Below the pieces are notes generated by a model. The model did no database searches, was not told where the DNA came from, and worked only from the letters and a program-made list of their open reading frames with translations. From Octopus bimaculoides (lineage: Eukaryota), in NCBI RefSeq assembly GCF_001194135.2, contig NC_068995.1, positions 45,546,605-45,610,604 of the forward strand: a stretch of 64,000 nt of DNA, in the 5' to 3' direction. The position numbers were made by a program, and so were the translations under genes. Each line of letters starts with the position of its first letter. Position 1 is the stretch's first letter. This document shows, piece by piece, positions 1 to 12,225 of this stretch.

Positions 1-190
1 TATCCCCGCAACATCACTTGACATCCGGTGCTGGTGTGTTTATGCCCCCGTAACTTAGCGGTTCGGCAATAGAGACCAATAGAATAAGTACTAGGCTTAC
101 AAAGAATAAGTCCTAGGGTCGATTTGCTCAACTAAAAGGCGGTGCTCCAGCATGGCCACAGTCAAATTACTGAAACAAGTAAAAGAGTAA
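1..190 (+). mobile_element. SINE-like family A, 3' half (cut by window edge)
   Basis: Matches the 3' block of the full copy at 36589-36988 (GTAACTTAGCGGTTCGGCAA...AATAAGTCC..GGGTCGATTTG...GACTGAAACAAGTAAAAGAG). Confidence 0.8.
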
Positions 191-194
191 AGAG

Positions 195-395
195 TATCAT
201 CAAACATCCATATTCCATGCTGGCATGGGCTGGACAGTTTGACAGGATCCACTGTGTCCAAGGACTGCACTGTGCTCCAATGCTTGTTTTGGTCTCCTAT
301 TTATGGTTAGATGCCCTTCCTAACATCAACTACTTTACAGCCATGACCGGGTGCTTTTTTTCATACCACCTAGCTATTGAGGTTGCCATGTAGTT
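195..395 (-). mobile_element. Family D repeat (RTE-type 3' tail, GAT-repeat end)
   Basis: CCATGCTGGCATGGG...GATGCCCTTCCTAAC motifs recur at about 15 places in the window; the same tail follows an RTE ORF end at 42968-43388. Confidence 0.7.
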
Positions 396-544
396 CACAG
401 AACTACAAATCCTGTGGAGTGGGGTCAGTTTCATGCCAGTGGACAAGGGAATGATCTATGAGGAGGAGGTGTGGTAGTACAGGTTTTTGGAGAGGACCTG
501 TGTGGTTACTAATATCTAGTAAGGGAAAAGGGTAAAGATCCCTG

Positions 545-872
545 TTGGTCATGAATGACCATGAGATTGCACCTTGAAAGTTCCCCTCCGAGGCACAAGT
601 CCAGGCAAATTTGTTTATGGAAGACCGGCAGTCACCCATGCATACTGGCCTACCCTCTCCATGCCTCCGATGTTATCCAAGGGAAAGGCAAAAACTGATA
701 CAGCTTGGCACCAGTGATGTCACAACTCATTTCAACAGCTGAGTGAACTGGAGCAACGTGAAATAAAGTGTCTTGCTCAAGAACACAACACCCAGCCTGT
801 TCTATGAATCGAACTCACTACCTCATGATTGTGAGCCTGACACTCTAACCACTGAACCATGTACCTTCACAC
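545..872 (-). mobile_element. SINE-like family C variant (tRNA-like head)
   Basis: Reverse strand reads GTGAAGGTACATGGTTCAGTGGTTAGAG (A box) ... GAGTTCGATTC (B box) ... TGTGTTCTTGAGCAAGACACTTTATTTCAC, as in other C copies. Confidence 0.7.
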
Positions 873-1286
873 AGGGGAAGGAGAGGGAAAGAGAAAATGA
901 AAAGTAGGAGTTACAAGAGATAGATCAAGGTGATAAAGTGCTTAGATGGCCCCAAGAGGCACAATGCAAGATTGTAGGCAAAGGGAAATGGGGGGAGGAG
1001 AAAGCAGACTGCAAGAATGGATATGGTTGAAAGGTGGGTGAGCAGGGAGCCATGTGTTGGGAAAGATAGAGGGATTCAAAAGAGTGGGGTTGAGGGAAAA
1101 CAGCAGGGGATGATACAGCTGTCAGCTGGGTTAGAGGAGAACAAGAGTGAGGAATGACATAGCTGTAGTCTGCAGGAGCCAGTAATTTGTTCCATGCATC
1201 AGCTTGATAATGACAGTTATTTTTACAAAATTCTTTGTTGGTTTTGAGAGGCAATGGATTTCAACAGAAATATGGTGGCAAATGTG

Positions 1287-1531
1287 TTAACCCTTTAGTA
1301 TTCAGATTATTCTGTTAAATGAAATGCTTGTTTATTCACATGGTTTTGAATTAATCAGGAATTATCTTGTGACTTTGAGATTTTAATGGTGTGATTGGGT
1401 TTTTTTTTCTTTTTTTTTTTGTAGAATCACATTGTAGAGGAGGTGTGAGTGGTCAGACCTGATTGATTTGAACTATAAAACAGGTGGAATATTTGGGCGT
1501 AATATGACCAGTTTATACACTAAAGGGTTAT
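1287..1531 (+). mobile_element. piggyBac-type MITE, family E
   Basis: TTAA-CCCTTTAG...CTAAAGGG-TTA(T) termini; internal sequence shared with 6 other copies. TTAA plus CCC ends is the piggyBac signature. Confidence 0.75.
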
Positions 1532-1886
1532 GCCCTTAATTTAAGGAGATTCAGCTGTTATATCTAACAGGTTGAATACCTACACAGTGGCTTTCCTTTG
1601 ATGTTGTTGCATATTCTCATATCAATTGAAATTAAACAAAATTATGATGAAAGGTGGTCTACCAAGATCAGCTGTGTCTTTTATCCTTTCAGGGTCACTA
1701 AAATAAGAACCAGCTGAGTACCAAGGTCAACGTAATTGACTAGATCCCTCCCCCAAAATTTCAGGGCTTTTGCCTTATCCCCTCCCTTACCTCTTCCTCC
1801 TTTTATGTCTATATGGTTCTTACTCTCTCACTGTGTGTGTATGTGTGTGTGTCATTCCTTTACTCATTGCTTGCTACCAAGTCTAG

Positions 1887-2107
1887 TATGAGGGTGTGCA
1901 GAAAAGTTCCTGGCTTTGAGTACAAGAAAATACAGGAGGATCAGTTAATTATGATTTTATCCAACATATTCCCCTCTCAGATTCACACACTTATCGCAGC
2001 GGTCCTTCAGTTTTTCTAAGCCCTGTAAAAGAACTTGGAAGGTTGGGCCACCAACCAAGCCTTTCGCAGAGCCCTTAAGGCCAGGAACTTTTCAGCACCC
2101 CTTCATA
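1887..2107. mobile_element. Tc1/mariner-type MITE
   Basis: TA flanks; TIRs TGAGGGTGTGCAGAAAAGTTCCTGGC / GCCAGGAACTTTTCAGCACCCCTTCA match at 23 of 26 positions. Confidence 0.75.
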
Positions 2108-3271
2108 TATGTGCACTCATTCCACACCTCTTATGTCAACTCTCTTTGTATCTCTCTCTCTCTTTTCCCTCCTTCTCTCTATATCCTGTAAAGCATGACT
2201 GGAGAAACCAACCAACCAACCAACAGCTATATCAGCTGCTATTACATTAAAGATAACAACACTGCCATGTCTGATTATGAAGCTTTAGCCATGGTTGTTA
2301 CTACTGCAGCCACCACCACCACCACCACCACCAAACCAACAGGCTTATTTCTAGGCATTGCAATGTGTCTGTCTGTGCATCAGCCTCAAAGACTCTTTTA
2401 ATGAAATATTTCCCAACCAGAGATCATTGCATACACACCCCATCTCTCCCCAGACCCACTTCATTCCACAATTCAGCCTTATTTCTCTGAAGAAAATAGA
2501 ATGATAATAAAAAAAAAAGAAAAAGAATTTAAAAAATGCATAATAAATGATAAAAAAAGACCATAACTATGTTAGTAGCCTCAATTGATTGAGCCTAGAG
2601 TCAAGTCTGTTCTCATCATTTTCCGCTCTATTTCATTAAGATAAAGCTCCCTTCCCCCTTTTTTATTTCACAGTTCAGCACCACCAATACCATCCACCCA
2701 CCTTCTTATTGTTTGGGTGAGAAAGTTACCATTGATATTCTCTTGGCACTTCTCTGGTGTTTTAACATCACAGTTATTTACATAAACTTTGGGGAATTTG
2801 GGGCAGTTTTTCTTCTTTCTTTTTTTCGCCTTTTAAACATTACAATACTGTATTTAATTATCTCTTTGTCATTCGCTGTTTTTCTCTTTCTCTCTCCCCA
2901 TCACCCCCCTCTCTCTCTCAGTCACTCCTTTCTCTTCATCACCCCCTCTTTCTCTCAATCACTCTCTTCTCTCCATCCCCCCTCACTCTAGCTGCATTAT
3001 TAGCTGGCTGTCTTCCCATTGCCTTGCCATCCAGAACAATGTAGTCTGCTATCTGCTGCTTCATATAAGCGCAGGCAGGAGAAGGGTCAATGTCCACTCA
3101 ATTTGGGTAGTGAAGATATGCAGCTAGCTAGTTCCAAAGAGCAGGCAATGTTGTTGTAGCAGTGTTAAAAGCAGAGAGGAGAGACCACGCATCTGTGAGT
3201 CAGTGAGTGAATCATTGCTCATCAGCAACCAATTAGATGGCATGACATTTCCTACAAATCTTTTATTTATT

Positions 3272-3590
3272 TTAGTGATTAGACTGTGGCCATGCTGGGG
3301 CACCACTTTGAAGAATTTTTTTAGTCAAATGAATCAGCCTTAATAGTTTTTTTTTTTAAGCTTGGTACTTATTCTATTGGACTCTTTTGCCAAACCACTA
3401 AGTTACGGGGCATAACACCAACATTGGTAGTCAAGCAGTAGTGGGGAGCACACATATACACATACACGACAGACTTCTTTCAGTTTCTGGTCAGCCCAAG
3501 GTTATAATAGAAGACACTTGCCCAGGGTGCCACTCAATGGGACTGAACTTGGAACCATGTGGCTGGGAAGCAAACTTCTTACTACACTAA
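3272..3590 (-). mobile_element. SINE-like family A
   Basis: Diverged reverse copy of the 36589-36988 element; both blocks present with a short CA/TA spacer. Confidence 0.75.
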
Positions 3591-5335
3591 TATTTTTAGA
3601 ACATGTCAAGATATAAATTTAAAAAACCACAACTAGAAGCCAGGGCAAGTAATGATAGTCCGCATGGCCAAAACTTAACAAAATTCAAGTTTGTGAGTTA
3701 GAATTATTTCCTGTCGAATGAATAGATTGGTGTGTGTGAGCAGTTTAATTAGTGGCTCTACATCATTATTAGTCATTACTAACATTGCTTTTACGTCTAC
3801 TTTCTATGTCTGCATGGGTTGGCTGAGTTGTTGTATACGGAGTCGGTTACTCATCTCCTCAGTGGGTTGAAGGACCACATCTCACTCATACTTACCATTT
3901 ATGATGTTTCTACACCTTGATGCCCTTCCTAACACAAACCATTTTGCAGAATGTATTCAATATGCATTATCATTGCTCCAACTCCAGAGAGTCTCTCATA
4001 TCCTCAGCCATGTTGAAGAGTCATCTTAACCCTACATTGTCTTCCACTTCACAGACACTCTGCAGCCTTTGGCCCACAGGTGTACGGCCTTCTCTCATCA
4101 TCATTTTTACATCCAGTCCCACCAGGTCCCCAACAAATCCCTGTTATCAGGCTTTCTTTCCCAGAACATCAACCCAATAGAATTTTCTCCTTGCTCATAT
4201 TTTCCCTCCAGGTGTTGACATTACAAGATACATGGGCAGTGCCCCTCCCCTTAAAAGCTTAAAAGTAAAAGCTTAGTGAGGGCATTCAAAATGCAGCAGT
4301 GAGGAACATAGACACACACACACACACACATACACACCTATGCACTTACAACCGTACACATTTTTGGCACCGCTTGTAATATTTTTAATTTACCTTGACT
4401 CAGACACTTAGTCTGTCATACAAATTATTCCAAAGCCATAAATTAGTTTGAAACCACAGGTGTGACATGTTTGAAATTAGAAATAGAAATTTAAAACAAA
4501 AGTTTGTAATGGCTAGACAGATCTGTAAAAGTGTCTTCTTGTGTTTCGACTTTGTCTGTCTTTGATAAATTGATTTTGTTTTCTCCATTGTTAAACAAAC
4601 GCCCACCCACCCTCCTTGTCACCACCAGCACCACTGCCACCTCCTCCAGTTTACCAATGCTGTACACCGAAACCCCCTCCCACCTCTTCCCCAACTACAT
4701 TACAGCTAATTTTGGCCGTGCGTTGATTCCTCCACATTTCCTTCCATTTATCAACATCTTAATTATGTGAAGGATGGGTAGGTGTGTGTGTGTGAGAGAG
4801 AAAGATAGAGCATGTGTATGTTTATAGTTTTTGGTCTGTGTGTAGTCATGAAGGTGTGTGTTTGGAGTATTGATGTTGGTCTGATTTCAGGTGTGTGAGT
4901 TAGTGAGAGAGAGAGACTGAGACTACATGGTTGTGAATCTGCTAGTGTGATTATAGTTTTTTTTTGTGTATGTGTCCATGCATGGTTATAAGTGTATGGT
5001 TGTGTGCACAGTTGTCTGTTCATGTCTGTACCCACCCTCTGCCCCAGTTTAAAAGCCCCCCTCACTAAACTATGTACATTGTCCCTTTCCTCTTCTGGAA
5101 CAAAATCACCCACGTACCCACTGCTCCCCTCCATTCTCATTTATCCTGTATTAAATTGAGTATGTTCACCTATGTCCATTCCTCTACAATTCAGCCATTA
5201 TTTTATAACCCCCCTCCTCCCCCCGTCTTCCCTCCCTCCCTTTCTGAAGTACAGCCATCATTTTCTACTACTTCCTGCCTCTCCTCGGTGCAGCCGCCGT
5301 CACATTTTACCCCCTCCCTCCATCTCTTCAATGTA

Positions 5336-6243
5336 NNNNNNNNNNNNNNNNNNNNNNNNNNNNNNNNNNNNNNNNNNNNNNNNNNNNNNNNNNNNNNNNN
5401 NNNNNNNNNNNNNNNNNNNNNNNNNNNNNNNNNNNNNNNNNNNNNNNNNNNNNNNNNNNNNNNNNNNNNNNNNNNNNNNNNNNNNNNNNNNNNNNNNNNN
5501 NNNNNNNNNNNNNNNNNNNNNNNNNNNNNNNNNNNNNNNNNNNNNNNNNNNNNNNNNNNNNNNNNNNNNNNNNNNNNNNNNNNNNNNNNNNNNNNNNNNN
5601 NNNNNNNNNNNNNNNNNNNNNNNNNNNNNNNNNNNNNNNNNNNNNNNNNNNNNNNNNNNNNNNNNNNNNNNNNNNNNNNNNNNNNNNNNNNNNNNNNNNN
5701 NNNNNNNNNNNNNNNNNNNNNNNNNNNNNNNNNNNNNNNNNNNNNNNNNNNNNNNNNNNNNNNNNNNNNNNNNNNNNNNNNNNNNNNNNNNNNNNNNNNN
5801 NNNNNNNNNNNNNNNNNNNNNNNNNNNNNNNNNNNNNNNNNNNNNNNNNNNNNNNNNNNNNNNNNNNNNNNNNNNNNNNNNNNNNNNNNNNNNNNNNNNN
5901 NNNNNNNNNNNNNNNNNNNNNNNNNNNNNNNNNNNNNNNNNNNNNNNNNNNNNNNNNNNNNNNNNNNNNNNNNNNNNNNNNNNNNNNNNNNNNNNNNNNN
6001 NNNNNNNNNNNNNNNNNNNNNNNNNNNNNNNNNNNNNNNNNNNNNNNNNNNNNNNNNNNNNNNNNNNNNNNNNNNNNNNNNNNNNNNNNNNNNNNNNNNN
6101 NNNNNNNNNNNNNNNNNNNNNNNNNNNNNNNNNNNNNNNNNNNNNNNNNNNNNNNNNNNNNNNNNNNNNNNNNNNNNNNNNNNNNNNNNNNNNNNNNNNN
6201 NNNNNNNNNNNNNNNNNNNNNNNNNNNNNNNNNNNNNNNNNNN
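5336..6243. other. Assembly gap (N run)
   Basis: N run. Other gaps: 9579-9632, 17367-17384, 22249-22650, 28847-28996, 31139-31156, 32756-32991, 38802-38846, 42228-42598, 49980-50095, 56490-56499. Many abut simple repeats. Confidence 0.99.
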
Positions 6244-7035
6244 ATAATGGTTAGAATGTCTTTGATCAGGTTTGACCCTGGGCTAAACAACAGCAACAGC
6301 AAAGAAGAGAAGAACACAAAAAAAAAGTATGTGATAGTCACTGCTAGAATGTTTTTACTCTTAGATCTGCTAAACTTGTGCTGACATGGGGCTTACCAAC
6401 AGCGATGTTGGGGAGAACATCCAGCCAGAGAATCAATGCCAAAAATGGAATGTTTTGAGTGAGACTTGATCCTACAGTCCATCTCCATCTAGAAAGGCAG
6501 TATTTCTTAATAAGAACTGACTTGTACCATGATGACTCAGCCAAGCCATGCCAGCAAGGAAAGCAGACTTATAACAAAATGGTGACGAAGAGGAATTCCA
6601 AAAGAGAGTAGCTGGTGGAAATTGAACTCACATCTTGTGTTGGTGCTGTAATGCTTTATCTACGGTGTTACAATTACTCAGTAGAATTCTTTAAGTGCTA
6701 TTACATGTCCTACTTTCCATTACTCCTTAGATTTTTTAAATCTTTAATAAGCTGTATTTGTTTACAATCGGTCAAGTGACACTGTGTGCTTAATATCTTT
6801 ACTGTTCTTGAAGTCTTCAAAGACTTTCTTGTACGTTCTTCCTGGTTATTTGTATAATCCACTTTCTGCTTGGAAGGTATTTTTCTATGCAATGACATCA
6901 TGCATACACACATACATGTGTGTGTATGTGTACATGCAGTTTTATGTCTTTGTGTGTTTGCATATGTGTGTCTGTTTTTATATATATATATATATATATA
7001 GTGTATGTATTCATGTATGTATATGTATGTAAATA

Positions 7036-7090
<55 letters not shown>

Positions 7091-7399
7091 GACATATGCA
7101 GAGAGGGAGAGTTAGTTAATCCAATTGCTCTGTATTGTAGTGTATTATAAAGCTAATCTTAATGTCAAAATCTGTCTTGTGAAGTGATGAGCCAAAAAGG
7201 GAGCCTCTGTCTTGTTACTTGACCTGCTAAAAATAGCAACAAAATCTTCCTTCTATCATATCTTGCTTTTTGAAAAATAAAAAAAAAAATAAAAGATGAA
7301 CATGTTGGTTTTAAATTAAGTTCTCTATATTTCTGTATATGTTTTATAACACTGCCATGCAAAATCCATCTAACCCAAGCCAGCAAAGAAAACCCAGAC

Positions 7400-8158
7400 T
7401 TAACCCTTTAACATTCAGGTTACTCTGCCAAACGTATGGTTTATTTATCCACTTTATCCACGCTACTTTGAATTATGTATTATCTTATAGCTTCAAGATT
7501 TTGATGATTTGATTGTTTATTTTTACAATGACATTGTAGGGTAGGTGAGAAACCTTGAATCTGGCCAGTTTGACTATAAAACAGGTAGAATACCTTGACT
7601 GGATATGGCAGATTTAAATTCTAAATAAGGGGTGGGGAAACCCCCACCTGCAGGCACAATTGCACCCACGAGCCCATTTTATTGCACCCGCCGGCTGGTA
7701 TACTCATATGTACAAAATATAGTAATTTTTTCAGTTATAAAATTTATACAATACTTAAATACCTATTTGCGACATAGGTCGTGTTTCCACTCTGACTTGA
7801 AACAATTATACTCGAATGGAAAATCGTCAGGCAATTGCCATTTGAATGGAAATTTTGTTTTCACTATGAAACGCATATTGCTAGGTTTGTACCACCCCCT
7901 TGATACCCAACTACACTCTAGCTGAAAAATATAGAATACCTCGTAAAGAATATAAATGTCTTAAATTCAGTGGCAGTGTTAATGAAGATGTTACGTGTTG
8001 ATTTAATGTGTTAAACTTATCTTTATTAATGTATATCGAATTATACAAGATTTACACAGATATAAGGGTTAGAACTTGAGACCCCCGCAGACCTTTGTCT
8101 TAAGAAATTTTTGCCTACCACACCAAAAGGGTTCACCACTCCCGTGCTAAAGGGTTAA
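7400..8158 (+). mobile_element. piggyBac-type MITE family E, right TIR split by a hAT-type insertion
   Basis: TTAACCCTTTAAC at 7400; E body to about 7626; remaining TIR TGCTAAAGGGTTAA at 8145-8158. Confidence 0.7.
7627..8144. mobile_element. hAT (Charlie-like) non-autonomous element
   Basis: Ends AAGGGGTGGGGAAACC / GGGTTCACCACTCCCG are degenerate CAGGGGTGGGGAAC-type TIRs; 8-bp flanks TTCTAAAT / TGCTAAAG (6 of 8) fit a hAT TSD. Confidence 0.6.
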
Positions 8159-8209
8159 AATGACAACAACAATGGTCTTACCAAACTGCATTTAGTTGTA
8201 ACCCAGTTC

Positions 8210-8415
8210 GTGTTATTATTTAGCCCAAGTCATCACTGATCAGTCATGTTGCAGCCACAATCATCCCATCTTTTATTGAGACATAGCGTATCTAGGACTA
8301 CATATTCCAATGTTTGCTTCATTTTTTTTTATACAGCTGTGTATAATTTTGAGGAAGCTCTTGGCTGCTATTTCTGGCCTGTTGAGTGGCCACATAGACA
8401 CCTCCTTCATTAGCT
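8210..8415 (+). repeat. Interspersed repeat family G (unclassified)
   Basis: GTATCTAGGACTACAT...TTGGCTGCTATTTCT motifs recur near 12425, 17015, 18440, 19470, 36125, 38225, 40935, 43680 and 54680/55096. Confidence 0.6.
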
Positions 8416-9084
8416 ACTCTCACTGCTTATTGTCAGATGTGGTAAAATTGTGTGTAATATAGCTAGCGGGGGTGCAGCTGTTTAGAGTGTTGCTTATTCT
8501 CTGAATGTAACAACAAACCAGCCAGTATCTAATTATTGAAAGTGCAGCATATATCGTTTATTGAATTAATTAAATCCAAAATTAGCTTGTTTTTCTTTTA
8601 ATTGTTCCTTCTTCCTTATCTTTGTTCTCTAAATTCTCTATTAAAGTTGCATTGCACAATAATTGCAATCAGGTGACAGAAGAGGAAGGTATTCTGATGA
8701 GTTTTAAACAAAATTTACACCTGATTTGGCAATTGTTTTGTTTTCAAATGTTTCAGTCAGAGAGTAAGGCAGTGTCCTTTACATTTTTACGGGGCCTGCA
8801 AGATTGGTAGGAGGAAGAGACAGAAGAAAGGGTTGGCCTTTAAACTAGAGACCTGGTCTGAATGCTTGCTACAGCAGAGTCTCTGTTAAAGGCATTCAGG
8901 GAACTCCAAAATAGACCACGGGGGAATTTTAACATATAGCATAAAGGGCTGGAACAAGTACTGCAAGTATTTCATTTGACACTTTTATAGTTTCACCAAT
9001 CTACCATCTTGGATTAATAATATTGCAGAATTGGTAATGCTCCCCTCCCAGCTGAAGGGGTTTTTGCTTTACAAAAGCCACCAT

Positions 9085-9318
9085 GTCAGTGATTAAAGGA
9101 ACTCGTGCTGGTGCCACGTGAAAGGCACTCGTACTGGTGTCACATCAAGGGCACCCAACTCACTCTGTAAAATGGTCAGGATTAGGAAGGGCATTTGGCC
9201 ATGGAAACCAAACCAAATCAGATCGGAACCTGATCCAGCTAACCAGCTTGTCACCTCTGGTCAAACCATCCAACCCATAACAGCATGGAAAACTGATATT
9301 AAATGATAATGATGATCC
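9085..9318 (+). mobile_element. Family D repeat (RTE-type tail)
   Basis: GGTGCCACGTGAAAGGCAC...AGGAAGGGCAT...CATGGAAAACTGATATTAAATGATAATGATG. Confidence 0.7.
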
Positions 9319-9712
9319 TTAAAAGGATGAAAGGCAAAGTTGACCTCAACGATATTTGAATTCACAATTCAGAGTCAGAACAAATGCTGCACGCCTACTC
9401 ATGCCTCCATTTTAATTGAAGAAGACAGCCATTTTTACAATATACAAAGAAAGCATAAAGGTGTTATTATTTAAAAATTCTGTAAAAATAGATTCTGATC
9501 TCATTAATCAAAGATAATGGATTATCCCAGTTGTGTTTATATAGGTTAAAATATGCAATAATGCTTCAATGGAAGATTNNNNNNNNNNNNNNNNNNNNNN
9601 NNNNNNNNNNNNNNNNNNNNNNNNNNNNNNNNATAAACCTTCATACCATTTTGTTTGCGGACAAAGCACCAACCTGTTTCTGCTATACCTCCATCATCCA
9701 ACCCATCCCCAG

Positions 9713-9748
<36 letters not shown>

Positions 9749-9964
9749 TCATTAAATCATGGACCACTATGTTTAAAGCGAAAATATTTGATTCCGGCTT
9801 CAGGAGTTGGTTTATTGCTAGGTGGGAGGGAGGGGGGTTGCTTAATATCATAGAATGTTTCTGGGGTGGTCTACTGGGTTTACTACATCACCACCCTCAT
9901 ACCTCTGCACCCCACAGACCATCCAGCTTGTATCTAAGTCAGTCTCCTATCTCATTGCACCCAG

Positions 9965-9995
<31 letters not shown>

Positions 9996-10487
9996 CTTAT
10001 ATGCATTTGTGTTTGTGTGAGAAGCAGAAATTTAGAGTGAAAGAAGTCTCAGGCAAAAACAAACATACACACATCCTGTATTTATCTGTCCCCCTCTCCT
10101 CTCCTACATCCCTCCACCTGCCATACACTGAACTATTTACACAAGATCTGTTTCTCTAGCAGACATTCCTTAAAATCTAACCTCCACCCACACACACACA
10201 CACTGTCACATTTTCAAACTGTTGCAATATAAGTTCAGTCTTCCGCTGAGTTATCTATAGAATTCTTCAGATAATCTTTAGTGACCTCTACCATTCCTCC
10301 AGCGCCTGTTTTAAGACCAGTGATGGGTGTGTATATATATATATGTATGTATGTATGTGCATATTTTTAAAATAAAATTCTTGGGGTATGTTTTGAAAGT
10401 ACTTTTTTATACCAGTGAAATAAATTAAGAAATCAGTACAGTGCAGATTTATCTTACAGTTTATTTCAATCAGTTTCCATAAAAAGT

Positions 10488-11627
10488 TGTTGAGCAAGAG
10501 ATTTAATGAACTCCTCACCTTTATCATTTAACATCTGTCTTCCATGCTGGAATGGGTCGGACAGTTTTAACAGGATCCAACCAACCAGATGGCTGCATCA
10601 ATCACAATGTCTGCTTCGGTACAGTTTCTACAGCTTGATGCTCCTTCTTAATGCCAGAATGCCCTGCTATCCTTAGCTACAGCTGCTTTGCGTAAAATGC
10701 TGGTGCTACTTAAAATGCATCCAGTACACTCTGTGAAATAGTTAGTTTTTACAATATCATCTGGCCATAGAAACCTTGCCTTTGTTATTAAAATACCTCA
10801 ATTCTATTGGATCCTGTAAATATTTATATATACACACACACACACATACACATACAGGCATGTGACTTAGTGGTAAGTGTATTCGGCTCACTACCATTAG
10901 GTTGTCAGTTAGATACCTGGCAATGTGTCATGTCCTTGAGCAAGATGCTTCATTTTATATTGCTCGAGTCCACTCAGCTGGCAAAAATGAGTTATACCTG
11001 TAATTCACAGGGCCAGCTTTGCCACATTCTGTGTAACACTCAGTCTCTTGTTGAGAGCTATGTTAAGGGTACGCATGTCTGTAGAGTGCTCAGTCACATG
11101 TACGTTAATTTCACGAGCAGGCTGTTCCGTTGATTGAATCAACTGGAACACATCATCATATGTGGCAGTGTGCCAATTTATAGATTTGGTTTACATACAC
11201 ACACACACAATGGGCTTCTTTCAGTTTCCATACACCAAATCCACTCAAAAGGCTTTGGTTTGTCTTGGACTATAGCAGAAGATATTTTTCCCAAAGTGCT
11301 ATACGGTGAGACTGAGCCCAAGATCATATGATTATGTAGCAAGCTTAAACATATCTGTGCATTATAGACACAAAATATTCAGAATATATTTCTGGGTGAA
11401 CTGGTTATACAAGTTCAATAAAATTAGAAAGCCATTCACTAAGGATAGCAGGGCATTCTGGCATTAAGAAGGAGCATCAAGCTGCAGAAACTGTACCGAA
11501 GCAGACATTGTGATTGATGCAGCCATCTGGTTGGTTGGATCCTGTCAAAACTGTCCGACCCATGCCAGCATGGAAGACAGATGTTAAATGATAAAGGTGA
11601 GGAGTTCATTAAATCTCTTGCTCAACA
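10488..11627. repeat. Long inverted repeat: two 189-bp arms (10488-10676, 11439-11627), 762-bp spacer
   Basis: Base-by-base comparison gives 186 of 189 complementary positions; mismatches at 10551/11564, 10569/11546 and 10630/11485. Confidence 0.95.
10855..11150 (+). mobile_element. SINE-like family C
   Basis: TGACTTAGTGGTAAG head, TGTCCTTGAGCAAGA central motif, CACTCAGCTGGCAAAAATGAG...GCAGGCTGTTCCGTTGAT body as at 28170, 41245 and 46465. Confidence 0.75.
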
Positions 11628-11919
11628 CCTGAAAAGGGAATTGTATGTAACTAGTTTCATATTCATAAGGAAGCCTATTAGAGATCTCTGTTCTCAATAA
11701 AATTCCCCTAATGAAGATGGTACAATGATAGATGTTGACTTTAATGAGAGGGTGAAGTGTAGGAGAATATCTGATGCCCTGTAATAACGTTTCAAACTAT
11801 GAACAGGGCATTTTATCTCAAATTATTGGTTATGTAAACAATTTGTCATGGACAATAAATGAAATAAATTGTAACACAGATTTATAGTAATGGCCTTCTT
11901 CATTGATTTAGTGTGTGTA

Positions 11920-12225
11920 TGCATGTGTGCGTTATATACGTATATATGTGTATATATATGTGTGTGTATGTATGTGTATATGTGTATGTATATGTGTATG
12001 TATATGTGTGTGTATATATGTATATATATATATGTAAAAATATGTGTGTATATATGTGTAAAAATGTGTATATATATGTACATATGTGTGTGTATATATG
12101 TAGATATATGTGTGTATATATGTTTGTGTGTGTGTGTGTGTGTGTATATATGTGTATGTATATATGTATGTGTATTTGTATGTGTACATATGTGTGTGCA
12201 TATATCTCTCCAGTGTGTGTGTGTG
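11920..12225. repeat. Compound (TA)/(TG)/(TATG) microsatellite
   Basis: Purine-pyrimidine alternating simple repeats; source of the spurious YIYI/CVCV ORFs. Confidence 0.9.

Noticed and set aside
925-1254. Minus-strand ORF with AVFPQP, possibly a second Penelope-like linker
   Set aside because: Only one short motif matches; too weak without a search.
5072-6341. Long ORFs of 337-391 aa, and similar ones at 22114-22864, 28630-29137, 32697-33029 and 42013-42612
   Set aside because: They are open only because they cross N gaps.
7186-7290. GTGATGA as a snoRNA C box (also 27224)
   Set aside because: No D box (CTGA) with a terminal stem at a suitable distance.
8690-8885. Possible 3- or 7-nt microexon (8757/8761-8763), a short hairpin at about 8848-8897, and CTGATGA as a hammerhead core
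   Set aside because: Splice-like motifs occur by chance in AT-rich DNA; the hairpin is too short for a pre-miRNA; no GAAA and stems for a hammerhead.
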